From Phaeosaccion multiseriatum (lineage: Eukaryota > Protista > Ochrophyta, other classes), in the NCBI GenBank assembly GCA_965112735.1, contig OZ218955.1, positions 3,720,001 to 3,784,000 of the forward strand: a stretch of 64,000 nt of DNA. Reading direction: 5' to 3'. The position numbers and the translations under genes are program-made. Numbering within the stretch: position 1 is the stretch's first letter; each line of letters starts with the position of its first letter. The notes beneath the pieces are model-generated. The model was given only the letters and a program-made list of their open reading frames with translations, did no database searches and was not told the origin of the DNA. This document shows, one piece after another, positions 59,993 to 64,000 of the stretch.

Positions 59993-61338
59993 CTCTACTC
60001 CTCTCGCTCTATTGACCTATGAGCTGGTAAGCAGTGTCCCCTGCTTGGCTGCTCTCCTCCTCCTTCTCCTCCTCCTCCTTCTCCTCCTCCTCCTGCCTCT
60101 CCTACTCCTTCCTCCTCCTCTTCCTCCTCCCGCTCGTCTCTCGCACGGCTGCGCCGGAAGCTGAGGAGCTCTCTTAGGGGCTTCCTCCTGCTGCTACTCT
60201 TGCTTGTGCTGTTAACGCGGGGTCGCGTTCCTTGCAGTGGGTGGGGCGAGAGAGCGTGATAAACGAGGGGGGGCGCTGCGGCTGCTTCTCTGCTGCTCCC
60301 TTCCGCTTGTTGCTGGTGCTCCTGCTGGTGGTGCTGCTGCTTCGACGACTACAGCTTTGCTAGTGTTTCCCATCCTCCATCGGCCCCACTTTGTACCGGG
60401 TTGGGAGCTTAACGCATCTGCCTCTGGCTGGCTGTTGGAAGAAGCCGCCCGTAGCGCCAATCCAACGAGTCTCAAGAGTGAGCCCCAGGCCTCCTTGTTC
60501 AGCTCCACGGTACTCCCCCAGATGTGGTAGGCACCCCCGTTCGGCGGAGGGCTTGGAAAGCACCCGCAACTCCGCTCAATCGGGCCTGACTTGGGGCTGG
60601 CGCCCAAACTCTATGAGAAGAATAATTATTGTACCCCCCCCTCGACCCCCAAGACTAGCGCTCACATCCGTTAAACCACGCTCTCATCTTCAGCTTGTGT
60701 GTAGCTACGTTGGGGCGGGGAAGGTGGGGGAATAGAGGCGGTGGCATTCATAGCCAACATTTTGCTTGCACGCGCGCTCGACTTCAGGGGGAAATGTCTC
60801 CTACAGGGAAAATCGTTGCTGTCGCCCTTGACACATCCGCAAAAAGAAGCCACAGCCGTCGACAGAAGTGACCCTTCGCCACCACCGGATAATTTTGTGG
60901 GCTGGGCGGGGCATACCGAGGGACTCCTCAAGCTTCTTTCCTTGAGAGGGTCTTGGAAGTCGACCTCCGGGCAAGCTCCGCAGGACAAATGGTAGGCGGC
61001 TTGTATGATTGTCATGTGGTTGGCATGTTCGTTTTCTTTGGTTTCTTTGTTTCTGATGTTCGTTTTCTTCCCGCCCATACTACTACTGTGGCCCAACTAC
61101 GTCACTTCCTGGTAAAGCGAGTCCTTCCTGGTCTCCTCGATCCAACATTCGATTTTCGATTTCTTGATTTCTCTCTGACTCTCTTACTGGCTTACTGCTT
61201 CCAACTGCTTCCAACTGCTTCGTCCTCCGAGTAGTTGGCGAACCCTACTCAAGTGCTGTGGAGATTTTGGAAATTTTGTAGCCACCTCATCGTCACGTCC
61301 ACCTGATGACTCTGCTCATGCTTGTGTGTTGTGTTGTG

Positions 61339-61340
<2 letters not shown>

Positions 61341-61412
<72 letters not shown>

Positions 61413-61476
61413 CTGTGTGTGTTTGTGTGTGTGTGAGTGTGTGAGTGTGCGTGTGTGTGTGTGTGTGTGTGAGTGT

Positions 61477-61519
<43 letters not shown>
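61341..61519. repeat. (GT)n microsatellite
   Basis: Directly visible; abuts the TIR at 61521. Confidence 0.95.
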
Positions 61520-61520
<1 letters not shown>

Positions 61521-63246
61521 TCGGCCCCAGACTGGCCTAGAAGCCTAGGCCTAGAGTCGAAATTTGGCCGGCCTAGGGGGGCCGCAGGCGGCCGGCCTAG
61601 GCCTATTTTTGGCGCAGCCCCCCCGGCCTAGGCCTAACCCTTATTACGGTGTGCGCCGGGACCGCAATCAGTGATCAGCCCCCAGCTGGCGCATAATCAG
61701 TACTCAGGCCGGCTGGTCACCGGCTGTAAGCAACCAGGCCGGCTGGCGCCACTCAGTAATCTTGTCCAGGGTCGACTCCCTCCCTCCCTCCTCCCTCCCT
61801 CCCTCCCTCCCTCCCTCCCTCCCTCCCTCCCTCCCTCCCTCCCTCCCTCCCTCCCTCCCTCCCTCCCTCCCTCCCTCCCTCCCTCCCTCCCTCCCTCCCG
61901 CTTTCTATCCCTCCCTGCCTCCCTCCCTCCTTCCCTCCCTCCCTCCCTCCCTGCCTCCCTGCCTCCCTCCCTCCCTCCCTCCCTGCCTGCCTCCCACCCT
62001 CCCTCCCTGCCTCCCTCTCTCTCTCCCTCCCTCCCTCCCTCCCTCCCTCCCTCCCTCCCTCCCTCCCTCCCTCCCTCCCTCCCTCCCTCCCTCCCTCCCT
62101 CCCTCCCTCCCTCCCTCCCTCCCTCCCTCCCTCCCTCCCTCCCTCCCTCCCTCCCTCCCTCCCTCCCTCCCTCCCTCCCTCCCTCCCTCCCTCCCTCCCT
62201 CCCTCCCTCCCTCCCTCCCTCCCTCCCTCCCTCCCTCCATCCCTCCATCCCTCCATCCCTCCCTCCCTCCCTCCCTCCCTCCCTCCCTCCCTCCCTCCCT
62301 CCCTCCCTCCCTCCCTCCCTCCCTCCCTCCCTCCCTCCCTCCCTCCCTCCCTCCCTCCCTCCCTCCCTCCCTCCCTCCCTCCCTCCCTCCCTCCCTCCCT
62401 CCCTCCCTCCCTCCCCTCCTTCCTTCTCTCCCTCCCTCCCTCCCTCCCTCCCTCCCTCCCTCCCTCCCTCCCTCCCTCCCTCCCTCCGCCCCTCCCTCCC
62501 TCCGCCCCTCCCTCCATCCCTCCATCCCTCCCTCCCTCCCTCCCTCCCTCCCTCCGCCCCTCCCTCCCTCCGCCCCTCCCTTCCTCCTTCCTTCTATCCC
62601 TCCCTCCCCCCCTCCCTCTATCCCTCTATCCCTCCGCCCTCCCTACCTCCTCGCATCCGTCTATCCCACTGTCCCTCCCTCCCTCCCTCGCTCCCTCGCT
62701 CCCTCCGCCCCTCCCTCCGCCCCTCCCTCCATCCCTCCCTCCCACCCTCTATCCCGCTATTCCTCCCTGTGGAAAGTCGATTCGTAAGTCAATGGCCATC
62801 ATCCTATGTGCGTAGGTGGTCGTTTAGGACTAGCATGCGATAAGTTAATAGAGGCAAGACTGGTTGCTAGGCTGGCTTTGGGGTTGCTGTTACCTTGTCC
62901 GTGTGTCTAAGTTCTATCCTATCTGTAGCTAGGCGACAGCGCATGTTGTTTTACACTATCTGTAGGCGACAGCGCTTGTCGTTTTACATCCCTCCCTACC
63001 TCCTTCTATCCCTCTACCCCTCTGTCCCTCCCTTCCTCCCTCTCCCTCCCTCCCTCCCTCCCTCCCTCCCTGCCTCCCTCCCTCCTCCCTCCCTCCCTCC
63101 CTCCCTCCCTTCGACCCTGGACAAGCAAGCAAGGTTAGCTACGGTGTGCGCCGGCCGTAATCAGTAATCAGATAGCTAGGTCGAGGCCTAGGCCTAGAAC
63201 CGCCGGCCTAGGAAGAAAAAATGCTTCTAGGCCAGTCTGGGGCCGA
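61521..63246. mobile_element. Composite non-autonomous TIR element: outer 24-bp TIRs (family A) enclosing two family-B fragments and a 1.3-kb (CCCT)n-rich block
   Basis: TCGGCCCCAGACTGGCCTAGAAGC (61521-61544) is the exact reverse complement of 63223-63246. The inner CTTGTCCAGGGTCGA (61761-61775) is the exact reverse complement of TCGACCCTGGACAAG (63111-63125). GGCCTAGG-rich subterminal repeats; no ORF and no clear TSD. Confidence 0.75.
61776..62750. repeat. (CCCT)n tetranucleotide array, about 1 kb
   Basis: Directly visible. Confidence 0.95.
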
Positions 63247-63800
63247 CAAGCCAGTCTAACTAGCTAGTCTAGCTATCTAGAGCCGCTAGTAGGCCTGCAA
63301 GGGGCTGACGACGTCTTCTCCTCCTACTATTGAGGTATCGCTATTGCCGACGTCAGCCGGCACGCCATCGGCTCGAGCCGGCACGCTATTAGCTATTAAT
63401 CTTTCGAGAGGGAAGAGTGAGGGGAGGAGAGGAAGCAAGAGAGAGGAAAAAGGGGAGGAGGACGAAATGAAAGTAAAATTCTCTGTATAAGTCAATGAGC
63501 CACGCTTATGCCAACCCAACCCCTATTCCCCTTGGGTCCCCTTGGGTCTCCCCCCTCCCACATCCACAATCCTCTCTCAAAGATTTAAGGCTCTCAGCAG
63601 CAGGAACGTGAGAAGCAGCAGAGAGACTGACAGGGGAGTAGAGAAGGGAGGGAGAGAGGGAGAGAGAGAGGGAGGACTTTTCTTTTGAGCTTGTGCAAAG
63701 TGGCGTTGTGGGGTTGTGGGATAGCGCCGGACCCCAGACACTCAGCAACTCCAGACACTCTCCCCTCCGTAGCCTACAGTCAGCAACACGGTGGACGATA

Positions 63801-64000
63801 ATGAACGGGGTTCGGAAAGCAGCAGTGTTGGTGGGGTTCCTCTCTGCAGTGAGCTTTGTGCAGGTGAGCGCGGACTCTGACATCGCTGGCTACACGGCCT
63901 ATGCCGGGGCGGTGGGGGAGCGCTCCCAGATCGACTTGGATGTGGTGGACATGAAGGAGCTGGTGGCCAGTGGCAACTACACCGAGGCCTTGAAGATTTA
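63801..64000 (+). CDS. 5' part of a secreted FEA1-like (low-iron-inducible periplasmic) protein, truncated by the window
   Basis: MNGVRKAAVLVGFLSAVSFVQVSA is a likely signal peptide. It is followed by 'IAGYTAYAGAVGERSQIDLDVVDMKELVASGNYTEALKIY', which resembles the 'IAGY.P...V..H..IDLD...M...L....F..A..IY' start of algal Fea1-domain proteins. Only 66 codons are visible. Confidence 0.6.
   Translation, partial: MNGVRKAAVLVGFLSAVSFVQVSADSDIAGYTAYAGAVGERSQIDLDVVDMKELVASGNYTEALKI

Noticed and set aside
60000-61300. ORFs upstream of the HSF gene
   Set aside because: No domain similarity recognised; likely 5' UTR or promoter.
1-64000. tRNA, rRNA or snRNA genes; transposase or reverse-transcriptase ORFs; telomeric repeats
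   Set aside because: None recognised by eye; tRNAscan-SE and Infernal would be needed to exclude small RNAs.

Overview
Eukaryotic nuclear DNA: GC-rich, intron-rich, with GT-AG introns packed with microsatellites. The gene set (Tom70, FEA1-type protein, EF-hand/DUSP USP, HSF-domain factor) would fit a stramenopile/ochrophyte alga; that assignment is inference. Ten protein-coding genes are supported: (1) the 3' part of a very large ARM-repeat gene (+, 1-~14.1 kb); (2) Tom70 (-), head-to-head with (3) mitochondrial uL22 (+); (4) a catalytically dead E2-like (UEV) + PH-like protein (+); (5) a short ankyrin gene (+); (6) an intronless ankyrin-BTB gene (+); (7) a TM9SF/nonaspanin gene (-); (8) a USP32-like deubiquitinase with two Tudor-like inserts (+); (9) a very large HSF-domain protein (-); (10) the start of a FEA1-like secreted protein (+). 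The strongest unexplained signal is a small set of non-microsatellite 9-14 bp words (AGTTGGTGATACAG, GATGGCAGTGGA, GCATATGGG, TGTCCTGACAC). They recur far above chance on both strands. The first three occur in introns and in several different reading frames of unrelated proteins, and each word also occurs as the unit of a local tandem array. There is also a TIR-bounded MITE-like family (28.3 kb, and a nested arrangement at 61.5-63.2 kb) and a second dispersed intronic element carrying a variable 20-bp minisatellite. All exon boundaries and motif counts were read by eye and need computational confirmation.
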